A stretch of 26,816 nt of DNA. It comes from Paramoeba atlantica. Lineage: Eukaryota > Protista > Discosea. Every line of letters begins with the position of its first letter. Position 1 is the stretch's first letter. Shown piece after piece: positions 10,274-21,230 of this stretch. The notes under the pieces were generated by a model. The model did not search any database. It had not been told where the DNA came from and was given only the letters and a program-made list of their open reading frames with translations. The stretch lies in NCBI GenBank assembly GCA_977017575.1, contig CDRNVI010000205.1, positions 1-26,816 of the forward strand, given 5' to 3'. Both the position numbers and the translations under genes were made by a program.

Positions 10274-11284
10274 ATTCCAAGGTATTTTCAGAGCACTGAA
10301 TGCTTTTCCAATGGCGCTATGTTGGTAGTCAGGGTCTTGGAAGCGAGCAGAGTGTCTTACTTCTTTGGCTGCATCATCAGATTCATTTGGTTCAGAAATG
10401 TTAATTTCATCATCAAGTTGAGATTAAGTAATAAAATTGAAATCAACTTCAGGATTAGTTTCAAAGTTGTATGTAGAGGAAGAGTAAGGAGATGCAGATT
10501 GGTCTGCAAGGTCATAAGGGTTAGGATCATGATCATCTGGTGGGTAATTGAACATTTCATAATTATCGAGGTCAATCAGCAATTCAGGTTCATTTTCGTC
10601 AGTAGAGTCATAATCAGTTCCTTCACTTTCTTTATCCTTCATATCTAATTCTGTCATTTGAGGGAGAATTTCAGAATCAAGAGCTGCAGCAGCTTGAGCA
10701 GGATCAACAATTGGAGAAGAAGAGGAACTAGAAGAGGAACAAGAGGAAGATGTAGGTGTGTAAGAACCATCACTCCAAGTAAAATCGGAAGGAGGCATAC
10801 TGAGAAGCACCATTTCATCATCATCATCATCACTGTACACATTCATACTGTGGGTTTTCTCATTCAAAGCAGTATGTTTTGAATGTAAGTTTACAGGAGC
10901 AGAAGTGGAATGGCCTATTCCATTCTTCCTTTCAACATCAACAGGGTAATCATCATCAATTACAATTTTGGCAGAATCATCAGGATTCTCATGTACACAA
11001 TCCACAGGATTTGTGTTTGTACTCAGAACATCGTCACAGTCTGATAATTTCGAAAAATCAATGAATTTTTCATTCAAATAAGTGTCAAAATAATGTGGGA
11101 TATTCCCTCTATCAATAAGCTTCAACAGGTTCGAAACACCAAAAACATATTTATCAAATACCACACTTGAACTTTCAAAAATAATTTTCTTTATAGGGTC
11201 ATACAAAATATAACCATTAATTTTTTCTAAGGGGTCAAGATAGATCACAGGGCATGCTTTAGGCATCAGTTTGGTTCTATTCTT

Positions 11285-12010
11285 TCAGGGAATGTGCACA
11301 AAAGCATGACAACCAAAAGGGCAAATCAACTCAATATTGGGTTTGCGACCATACAGCTTCTGGAAGGAGGAGATCTCTTCACCTTCTTTAACAATGTAGG
11401 AGCTCACAACACTTGCAAGTTTTTCAGCATAATCCCAAAATTGTTCAGGCAATTCAGCGTGGATTCGAATCGCTTGAGCAGTGTTCCATTGAGTCTCATT
11501 TGCACATTCAGCAACACCATTTTCAGCAGAATCATCTCTACTAGAAAATCTGATATGAATTCCTTTTTCAGCACAATATTGTCCAATTTTTGTTGCAGGA
11601 CTGACAAATTCCCGAGTGCTGTCACATTGAATGATTTTGACCTTCACATCTAATTGTCTTTGAAGCTTTGCAATCAGGTTGATCAGCACTTCACCAGCAT
11701 CACTCTTTTTCTTGAGGAATTTAGATAAATCCATCTTGGAGTAGTTTTCAACAACTGAGAGAGAGTATTTGTTCTTCTGATAAGAAAGTATATTTTTCTC
11801 ATGGTTGTCAATGTGCAACATTTCGCTGAGTTTTTGTTTTGTTCTTGTACCAGGGGCATGACTTTTCTTTTTCACTTTGGCCAACTCACAAGCAGTACAA
11901 ACATTTTGATCCATTCTCAATCTGTGATATTGCAGGGGCAAACTGTCAACTGCATGAGCATTAATAGTCCTTTTCAAACCAGAAAAATGATACAATCTAT
12001 TATGTCAATA
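11285..12010 (-). pseudogene. Copia integrase (HHCC plus DDE core)
   Basis: Y*HNRLYHFS...CTACELAK, MLHID, IQCDSTREF, ENGVAE, LPEQFW, PFGCHAFVHIP. It continues in frame into GYILYDP and an acidic Ser-rich linker (11266-10274). Confidence 0.93.
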
Positions 12011-12151
12011 TTTCCATTTTTTCTCACGGGTAGGACAGAGGGTTCTATGAATTCTTTTCTTGCGGAGAGGTTGAGATGAAGAAGCATCCTCAGGGGTTTC
12101 ATTTTTTGGGTGAGTAACTTCTTCAGCAATGTAAGATTGTTGATGGTTGGT

Positions 12152-13774
12152 TCAACTGGGTAAAGCCAAATAATACAAGCTATTGTTCTGTGGACCACTC
12201 AAAATCATCTGGGAATCACTCAAATTGATCTTCTTTTTCATCATACAAATTTGGTCAGAATCTAAAACAACAGAAGCATCCCAAGTTTCACACATGTGAG
12301 CCACAGAGAGAAGATTCATTTCACAATTGGGGACTACAGAGACGTCTTGAAGAGGCGGCAAATCAGAATGAATTGCCAAGTCACCTTGCATTGTAACAGG
12401 AATCAGATCGCCATTCACTTGCTTGATGCTTATGGTCATTGCGGATGGAGCATTTCTTGTTGTGAGATTTGGATCATTCACAATTGTGTTTGAACAAGCT
12501 GAATCAGCAAGAGCAGTTGCTCCATTTGATTGTTTTGCAACAAAAGCAGATTGAGTTGAAGATTGAGAAGAAGAAACGAGAGCAGAAACACAATAGGAGT
12601 AAACAAGAATATTGATTTTATTCATTTTCATCTTCCAAGTGTTGATCTTTTGAACAAAAGCATCGAAATTCGCCTTGGCTTGTTGTCCCACAGCACTTTG
12701 GTTTGCCAGGTTTGTGTTGCAACCTTTCACAATATGACTGGTGGCACCACAACAAAAACAGGCTTTAGCAGGAGGGGTGGGAAGATCTTCCCATCCAGGG
12801 TAACTTCGAAACTGGTTGCATGTTTGAGGAGAAGGAATTAGGGGACTATGGTGAGGAGGGCCATTTCCTTGTCTTCCTTGGCAAGGAGGTGCAACATTTC
12901 CTTGTTGATTAGGATTGGCAGCAGAGTTATTCTTCTTCTGAAAAGCAACATAAGCAGCAGTGTTCTCCTTGGTCTTCAAGGCTTGTTTCTTCTTGTTGGC
13001 ACTGGAGCAACTGCCTTCAATTTGTTTTAACTCCAAGAAAGCACTCTCCACCATCCACTCTTCCACTCTAAGCAGTCCTTAAAAGGTTTTCCAATGATGT
13101 TGCAGCATGGAATCTCAAATGTAACCCAATTTCTTGTTCATTGGTATCAGTTTCCCTTTCAATGCTTCAACATGAAGAAATAACTCCTTCAGTCTCAACT
13201 CAAAACTGGAGATCGTTTCATTTTCTCTGATACAACAATCCTCTAACTTACTTTTCGCTTCCTTTACATTGTGAGCAATCATGGTACTCAGATTTAAGAT
13301 CAATGTATTTCAAATAAGTTTTGATGTTCTTCTCTTCAAATTGCTAAGATACCCTTTTGCTCGACCAACACAAGCCTTATTCAGTAAGTTTGTAAGATTC
13401 ATTTGATTGTCCATATGGTCATTGAAATGTCTTTGGTTGATTTGCTGCTTGTACTCCAATTTCTCTTTGTGTCTCACCTCCAACTCTTTTCTTTCTACCA
13501 AGAATCTTTTCTTCTCAGCTTCTTCCATTTTTTCTGTAGTCTTCTCCAGCTCCTCCTTAAACTTGACTAGAACAGGTTCACCTGTAGGAACTTTGTTGAG
13601 GAATAGATGATGAACGAGATTTTTGGTGCTGAGCTGAATGAATATCTCTTTTCACCAGAGCATGAATTCAATGGTGGATTCACCTTTGAGTTCATTAATC
13701 TCAAGTGCACCCTTCCACATCTTGTTCTTTGGTTCAAACTCTGGCCAATCTACTACTCTGTAATCATCTTCCAT
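12152..13774 (-). pseudogene. Copia gag (CCHC zinc knuckle) and aspartic protease
   Basis: ATG at 13774 (MEDDY); CFCCGATSHIVKGC knuckle; LADSACSNTIV protease motif; LQDVSVVPNCEMNLLSV. It is in the same frame as integrase, with only in-frame stops. Confidence 0.9.
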
Positions 13775-14116
13775 AGTTGAGGATGTGGTGAATGTAAGAG
13801 AGTGAGAGAGAAAAAATGAGAAATGGCAACAGGAAAAGACAGGTGAAAAAAAAACTGAGAAAACCACACAAAATCATGAAAACACATAATTAAAACAAAC
13901 AGAAAGACAGGCAAAAGGAACAAGAAAGCAAGAGCAATAAAAAGAAATTGAGTGAAGTTGTTGAATAAATGAGAGAACTGGCATGAACAAGCAAAAACAA
14001 AAACAAAAAATGAAAAACAAAAAAATAGAAAATAAAACAAAAATAAAACAAAAATAAAACAAAGAAAGGTGTAAAACACTGAAGTTCAACTGATGACAAG
14101 ATCAGGCAGAGAGTCT

Positions 14117-14128
14117 AGACTCTTAATC
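14117..14128 (-). promoter_or_regulatory. Primer binding site complementary to the tRNA-Lys(CUU) anticodon arm (half-tRNA type)
   Basis: The plus strand reads AGACTCTTAATC directly next to the LTR terminus TG at 14129. This matches tRNA-Lys(CUU) positions ~29-40 (GACT-CTT-AATC). No TGG-type 3'-CCA primer site is present. Confidence 0.7.
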
Positions 14129-14658
14129 TGTTAAGTGGTGGTGGGGTTTGGTGGAAGAAGATTGCTGAGAAAAGAAAAGAAAGGTGCAAACTTCATTCCA
14201 TGGCGAGAGCTGGGAACATGAAAAAAACAAAGTCTCTCACATGTTTATTTATGAATAGGTTTTAAGCACATATTTGTTAACATGACACCAAGTGCAAAAG
14301 CAGAGAAACACACACAAATAAAAGCACATGTAAGAGACACAAAGACACAACAAGTTTAAGGAAGGGAACAACAGATGATATCAGCACAAATAAATTCACA
14401 GGCTGAAAGATCAGAATATGGAGAATAAACTATGCAATCAAATTGGGTCTGAAATAGGGCAAAGGTATTCTTAAAGGCACAATTCAATGATTGGTCAATA
14501 TCTCGGTGTGTAGTTGTCAGATTTAGATGGGACTAGCACCATTCGAAAGAGGAAGATGAGGCGCTTCAGGATAGCACAACTTGTGATCATAGAATTCACA
14601 AATGATGTTCTCCATTAAGTCAAACATTCTTTGAACCAAGAATACTGATATTCTAATA
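14129..14658 (-). repeat. Copia 5' LTR (530 bp)
   Basis: Termini TGTTA...TAA(C>T)A are inverted repeats. It aligns with the 3' LTR; the terminal TG on the minus strand is mutated to TA. Confidence 0.92.
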
Positions 14659-16000
14659 GCATTTCAACCCAAGGGCCCACAGGAGAGAATTTTTCAGTTG
14701 ACAAAACAAAGCATTTGTTGTAGTTGAGCTTGGCTCCAGTTCCTTGTTCATATTCTTGGAAGGTTGAGGTCAAGGAATTAATGGATTGGACCCTGTGAAG
14801 GAGAAGGGCTAAGTCATCCATGAAACCAGCAAGCTTCTCAAGGTCACCCCCATTGTTCAAACTAACCAATAAAACATCAAAAAGGATAATGAACAGAAGA
14901 GGTGAAATGGGGCAGCCTTGTCGCACACCAGTCCAGCTCTTGATGGCTTCCTTCTGTGTCTTATCATTCGATCCTACAGTTGGGAGCCATGTATCTGACT
15001 CTTGCAGAACTTTAGATACAACTTCAAGAGCTTGGGGTGGAGCATTCAACCCAATCAGCAACTCCATAAGGGCTTCACGGTTAACATAGTCATAGGCCTT
15101 ACAGAAATCAGTTTGGAGGATGGTCATGTCTTTGCCCTCTGCTACTGCTTCCATAAACCCATCATATATCAATTCCACTGCATTATCAATGGACCTTCCA
15201 GCAAATATAGCATTTTGTTCTGGGGAAATCACCTCTCTAGCACTCTCCATCAGCCATTTGGCCCAATATCTCATCACAATCTGATAATCAGAATTGGTAA
15301 TACTTATTGGTTGAAATTGGTCAGGACAAGGAATATTCTCAATCTTAGGTAGTAACACAAGTTGACTCTCCCCAAACGACTCAGGGAAATCCATTGATTC
15401 CCCAGCTCTTTGGATAAGTTCACACCACATATCACACAGTTGTTCACTTGTCACTCTGTAGAGAGCAAAGGAGATACCATCTGGGCCAGCGCTTGAATTA
15501 TTGCACCATTGCAGCAGTTTATCAACCTTGGCCCCATCAACAACATGGTAATCAACCTTAGGAAACCAAGGTTTATGGTTCTCAATCAGCTTCTGGAGAA
15601 AGTCCTTGTTGTATGGCCTCACTGAGCCCAAAAGATTCTCCCAAAATTCTTTAATTGCTTTCTGGACCACACCATTATCTCTGGAAATGACCCCATCCAC
15701 AACAATTCCTTTAACCCTTGGGGAAGATCTCACTTTAGGCCTCGCAGGGTGACTGTCAATAAAGATCCCCAACTGTCCTTCAATACATTCAATCTTCTTG
15801 AACACTGCAGAAATCATTCTGGGGATTATTTCTCTCCTCCACAACTTCCCTTCCTTTGAACCCTTCCAACCAAGGGAGGCTTGGTCTAACAGACCCATTT
15901 CAAGGGAAGAGTATGGCCTCTGGACAGTAGATTTCCTAAGAATGCGAGAATTGTGAAGGGATCTTACAAGAGAGTGGATCTTCCACAGTTCTCTGAACAA
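14659..16000 (-). pseudogene. Non-LTR reverse transcriptase (domains 0-7)
   Basis: SSAGPDGI, LVLLPK, FQPISITNSDY, EQNAIFAGRSI, DFCKAYDYV, GVRQGCPISPLLF, FMDD, GAKLNYNKC. Confidence 0.95.
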
Positions 16001-16199
16001 AGCTGCCTCAGTGTTTCTTTCTCTCCAGTAGGGAACTAATTCCTAAGCTGTGGTCTTAAATCTGGTCAAAAACTCATTGGGATCATCACCCTTGGAGAAG
16101 GTACCCATCCTCTCAATAAGAGTGTTGATGAACCCATGGTCATTAATCAGATACTCAGGGATGGATTTCTTATTTGTTCGAATCTCCCATTCCTTAAAC

Positions 16200-16840
16200 A
16201 AAGATCCTCCAATCAGCAGTGCATGATCTTTAAAGTTGGACAGGATGGCATTGATAAACAAACATTTTAATGGAGCCTTGGACAAGAAGAAGATATGGTC
16301 GATACACCTCCCTTTATAATGGGTGGGTTCATCCCATTTCAAGTGTGACATACAGAGAGTAGCACAACACTTTTCAATTTCCCCCATCTGTTTTTCCTTC
16401 ACATCCCAATTGAAATCACCCCCAAAGATATTAATGCTCCTGGGGTTCTGGCCGAAGAAATAAGTGGTCTCCTACGAGATAGTGGCTACTTTGAGGTCAG
16501 GGTGACGGTATATATTTAGGACGGAATAGTTCATCAATCCAATAGTCACATGGACACCAAATAATCCACTCATGGTCTGGTCAAAGAAACAGGGAGAGAT
16601 CTCTTTCACCCCCTCCATCTGCCTAACACTGATGAGTAGACCCCTCCTCTTCCCAGAGGAGTTGTCTCTCAACCAGATATACTTCCTCAATTGGTTCCTG
16701 ATAAGATTGAGGTCACATTCAAAATCAGAGTGAGATTCTTGAATCAAAATGAAAAGAGGCTGACAACTCCCAGCCATCTTCCGAAGGGTTCTCAATTTTT
16801 CGAAATTTTGAATTCCATTCATGTTCCAGGAAATAACACA
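16200..16840 (-). pseudogene. Apurinic-like (APE) endonuclease of the LINE
   Basis: ISWNMNG, ILIQESH, LNIY, GGDFN, IDHIF and KDH (SDH-like) motifs in the correct order. Confidence 0.93.
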
Positions 16841-17116
16841 TGCATCAGGAAACTTATGTTCATCACTCTCACTTAAATTAGCTGAGGACCTATCATGGGG
16901 GTCAACTCCAGGCTCACTTGGAGGACCTGATGGGAGGCACTCTAACTGGGATACATTAGGCAAGTTTGTTGTTGGGGGAGGAGCTACCTGGGGACCCACA
17001 CCAAAGCTACTTCTAATATCCACCAATCCCTTTTCCTTTCTCTTCTTATTCTTCTTCTTCCTGAGTTTAGTCATTGTTTGTTTATTTTTTTTTTTTGTTT
17101 TTGTGTTTTTGTGTTT

Positions 17117-19423
17117 TTATGTTTTTGTGTTTTTGTGTTTTTGTGTTTTTTTTTTTTTTTTTAAAACAACTGACTTCTCTCCCTCACTCTCTCTCCTTGC
17201 TTGGGTTGTTCTGGCAAACTCCTCATTCGTTTCGATTTCCATAGCATCCCCCTCTTTCTTCTCTTCTCCTTCCACTCTCATATCTGACCCTTCAAACGAA
17301 AAGGAAAAGGGGACACTATCTTGGACACCACTGCCTCTTTCCTTGGGTTTTTCCATAAGTGGATGAACAACACCCACCCCTTCCTCATTTGGAAATTTCA
17401 CTGACTTTCTTTCCCCACTCTCCTTTTCTTGTGTGATTTTTCTTTTCTTTTGTGATATTTTTTCCTTTTTCTCTTCACTCTCATTCTTTCCTTTCTCCCA
17501 CCCTACTCTAACATTAATCACCTCTTCTGATCCACCCTTCTTCCTCTTAGTGCATCCTGTCTTCACAAGGTACTCAACCAGATAGAAAGCTTGCTGCCTT
17601 AACCTCCTATCCTCTGGGAAAATTGAGCTGTTCTCTAACCCCTCATAAACTCTCCTGAAATCCTCGGTTGTGCTTGCCCATTCAATGTTCAGGTTCAATT
17701 TCTTTAACATTGATTTTGCCTCCCTTCTATTGTCAGGTTCCTCCACCAATCCATTTTCGACCAGTAAATCTTCTTTGTTGATGAAGATGGGAGCAGGGCC
17801 AGAAGCAGGTTAGCTTCTTCTGTTCTCCTTCTTCTGGAGCACAGGATCAGCACAATTTCTTGACTTGCCCACAGTCTCTTTTGGTGAAGAAGCAGACTTA
17901 AAGGAAGAGACTACTGGGTTGGAACATGTGTTCACTGATGTCCAGGTACCCTTCTTTTTTGGTTGGGTTTGTGGTTGCTGGGCTGGTAATATGGGGGCCA
18001 CTGAGAATCCACTAACTTGTTTGCTGCTCCCATTTATCATTTTAGTTTTCAAGAAGGTTTTGGTCCCAATGGGAGAAAACAAACTTGTCTTACTCAGAGC
18101 TGCAGCATCACACTTGACTGGACCTACAGAGGAACTCCTTTGGACAGCTGGTCCCTTAGTTGTGGAAGAAGGTACTTTGAAGTTATTGGGTACAACTTCA
18201 TGGCTCTTCTTCACATGAGGGGGGCCCTTCAGAGGGGTAGGTTCAGCAGGAATAACATTAGGTGAACAAGACACCAACCCTTGACCACCAGCATTACACA
18301 CAGGTAAATTTGAGCCATCTTTTTTAACACCAATGGGAGAGAGACCTTCAGCAGGCTTAGAAGTTTGTGACTTGGGGGGAGTTTGATCTATCACCACCAT
18401 AGACTCACCAGTATTACCGAGGGGGGCACCGAATGAGGGGACTGCTTCAGGTGAGACAAAGTTAAATTGCACACCATCTCTGGCAGCTTGTTTTCTTATC
18501 TTAACTCCTTTGAGGTTGTGGGTGTTGATTGAGTACATTTCTGTTCTTGCTATATTGCCAACTTCACTTGGATCCTTTTTTTGTAAAATTTCAAATAAAC
18601 AATCCAAACAAGCAGGATGGTTAATTTGGCAAGTAGGGCATTTCACCACTTTATCAAAGGGCCTCGCTGGGGTCCAAACAGAAACTCAAGCTTGAGTATC
18701 ACTAATCCCCAACCACCCCTTGGTGTGGGCAATGAGACAGACAAGGTTAATAGGGATTTGGGTGTAAACCAAAACAATACAATTTTGAGCTATTTGAACT
18801 ACTTCCTTCAAGTTATGTCTTGGAAGAGAATTTGGGTCAGCAAAAAGATTCTGGATCCACTCCATGCCCTTGGCTTCAAAGAGAACCCTGATTTTGAGCC
18901 CCCACAATTTTGTGTCCTTGTTGTTCCTCCAGACAGAGAATTTCTTGAGTTTTTTTACCAATTTGTCACCTTTGTTCAAAAACTCTTTTTCCACATTGGC
19001 AGCATCCATGTTCTCAAGTGCTGAGATCACAAAATGGCCCTGCTTGATGTTCACAAAAATCTTCCCTTTAAGAGAAGTCACATTTTCAATTGCTTTGATA
19101 ACCTTGTTGAAGTTGGGAAGTCCCAGTCTAAAATCCAGTGATCCTACTAACTTTGTTGGTCTTGACTTGGCTCCAACAACAGTTTTTGGGTTCAGGTGTA
19201 TGACTAAACCTTGGTATAGTCTGACATTGTTCCAATCAATCTTGTGTAACACATTGCTGAGACCTTTGGAGGCTGGAAAGCCTTCCTTGGTTTTGAGAGG
19301 TCTTTTCTTTCTTTTACTTTTTTTAACAACTTGAGCAAATGATTCACTATCCGCTCATCCTGACCAGGCGTTTCTGGCAGGAACACCCTCTCCTTCCTTT
19401 ACACTGGGTGAAGAGGTTTCCAT
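17117..19423 (-). pseudogene. ORF1-like N-terminal region of the LINE (basic N-terminus, ~190-aa globular region, CxxC-H-C cluster, Ser/Pro- and Glu/Lys-rich linkers)
   Basis: ATG at 19423 (METSSPSV), SFAQVVKK motif, CPTCQINHPACLDC; in frame with APE and RT. Confidence 0.65.
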
Positions 19424-19507
19424 AATATTTTCTGTGGCAACCAGCCACAAGAATATACACTACAACAAAAGATAGGAAATTCAGACAATTGTATCTTGAA
19501 CCCCCTA

Positions 19508-19539
<32 letters not shown>

Positions 19540-19541
<2 letters not shown>

Positions 19542-20250
19542 TCTCACACACTTGACAATTTACTTTCTTGTGAAAGGGACTCATAGGGGTCTACAGAGAG
19601 ATCTTACCTTGGAACTCATTGTTAATAATAAAAGAACCTTTGTGCTTGACAATAATATATGTTAGAATGAGAGGAATTACATCATAGAAGATGACAATAC
19701 AATCATCACTGATCTAAGCTACCTCTTTTAATTCATAGCAAGGAAGAGCAGATTCACCAATAAACAATCTTTGGATCCACTCTTCCCTTTTGATTAAAAA
19801 GGGGACACAGAGTTTAAAGCCCTATAAATTCCAATTCTGGTTGTTTTTCCAGACAAAGAGCTTCCCAAAACTGGTTGTGAGGAAGGAACCATTTTCCAAA
19901 ATGATTTTCTCCAGGGGTTCGCATGTTTCTTCATCAAAGGTGGCCATGTTGAGGTGGCCTTTCATAACACACAAGAGGAAGTTCCCTCTCAACTTAAGGA
20001 CTTTGTTGAGTGTGGCCATTACTTTCTGATAGTTTGGCATTCCTTCATAGAAACAAAAGGAACCTATTACAAAGATGGGACAAATTATTGCATTGTTCTT
20101 CACAGGATTAACCTCAGTTCTAATATGGGACAAGGTCTTCAGTATTTCTTTCTCAACTCACAACCACCATCTTTCCTCAGGCACTCTTCAAGGTTGATTT
20201 GATTGGAATTTCTTCAGAATTCCCACTTGGGTTTGTATTTTTTTTTTTGT
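19540..20250 (-). pseudogene. Diverged paralog of the LINE ORF1 globular region
   Basis: VIGSFCFYEGMPNYQKV...VWKNN...EWIQRLF...LKEVA*I...CIV...KG...TPMSPFHKKVNCQVCEI aligns with LVGSLDFRLGLPNFNKV...VWRNN...EWIQNLF...LKEVVQI...CIV...KG...TPARPFDKVVKCPTCQI. Confidence 0.8.
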
Positions 20251-20259
20251 TCTTCAAAT

Positions 20260-21210
20260 ACAAGGAGGAGTGGGACCCATTCTGGGAGCCCTTAAGGGAA
20301 GAGGATATACTCTTTCCACTGGACATAACAGATTTCTCTGAAGTGCTCAACTAGGTGAGGTTTCACCAACATAGCAGGTGAAGGAAAGAAAATCAAATTG
20401 GGCAAGGAAAGTCTCCTTGAACCAACCTGATTTTTTTTTTTTTGGAGAGCCATGTGGTCTCCTCTCCTAGAGAGATGTGGAGCAAAAGCATAATACTCCA
20501 TCAAAGCCCAGCAGAGTTAACCACATCAGAAGCCAATGGGGGACAAGAAATACTAAAGAATCCACTTTGGAGGCTACAATTGGTCAGGGTAAAGGGCACT
20601 TAGAGGTGGACTGGGAGGAACTACTAAGAAAGGCTGAGCAACTGGCAGGTGCTTCAATCATCTAATCAACTCATTTATCTTACTCCACTGTGTTTGGCCT
20701 ATTTGAGTCCTTTACCAAATCCTGCCTGCTGCTGCAGACACAATTTTCTCTTTCATTGCCTGGTTAGAGGTTTAAGGAAAGGGAAGAAGAGTTCCACACC
20801 ACATAGCAGCAGTGTTATGAATGCATAAAAAGAAGGGTTTGACAGATTACACCAAGGCAGTCAAGGTCCAGATGGCACTTCAGGGAGTGGTAAGATGTGA
20901 GGCACAAGAAAAGATGGATGTGCAAAGTCCTTTCCCTCTGGAAGCCTTGAAGAAATGGGTGGAGGGTACTCATAAGACACATTCTGTGTGAGAGTTGAGG
21001 GATCCTGCAATTGTGGCCCTAGGGATCCATTGCATGCACAGACCTGGAAAACTTTGTGAACTCAAGGTGAGACATGTTAAGAAAGATGTTTGTGGCCTAC
21101 AAGTTTTCCTGGCCAAGTCCAAGACAGATCAGACAATAACCAGGAAGTGGATGCACATTGATGCAGTCCCAGATTCTCCCACATGTCCAGTTTTATTGCT
21201 CAAAGGTTAA
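20260..21210 (+). mobile_element. DIRS/Ngaro-type tyrosine-recombinase retroelement fragment
   Basis: 20594-21210 encodes a SAM-like N-terminus (STHLSY...PAAADTIFSFIAWL) and RDPAIVALG...HRPGKL...SKTDQ...CPVLLL, with stops and one frameshift. 20260-20500 weakly resembles the LFP..VL..V/W..W.PLL tail of DIRS pol. The HxxR, H and Y catalytic residues are missing. Confidence 0.72.
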
Positions 21211-21230
21211 CCAGAAATATTATTAAAAAA

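Larger units (their letters stand above)
7995..14658 (-). mobile_element. Ty1/Copia LTR retrotransposon (degenerate, near full length)
   Basis: Two ~95% identical LTRs flank gag-PR-INT-RT-RH in Copia order. A polypurine tract abuts the 3' LTR and a primer binding site abuts the 5' LTR. Confidence 0.95.
14659..19506 (-). mobile_element. L1/Tx1-like non-LTR retrotransposon with one continuous ORF (ORF1-like + APE + RT); 3' end cut at the Copia LTR
   Basis: ORF-track segments starting at 19252, 18649, 17749, 17074, 16402 and 16000 and the ATG at 19423 all share one frame. They are separated only by in-frame stops. The 5' boundary is inferred at the poly(A) run 19508-19534. Confidence 0.88.

Noticed and set aside
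14199-14215. TGGCGAGAGCTGGGA as a plus-strand tRNA 3'-end primer site
   Set aside because: It lies inside both LTR copies, is on the wrong strand for the pol ORF, and does not fit T-arm geometry (no C61).
20686-20692. CACTGTG here and CACAGTG near 23415 as RSS-like heptamers for the RAG1-like gene
   Set aside because: No nonamer at 12 or 23 bp spacing. Both lie inside unrelated retroelement coding sequence far from the transposase.
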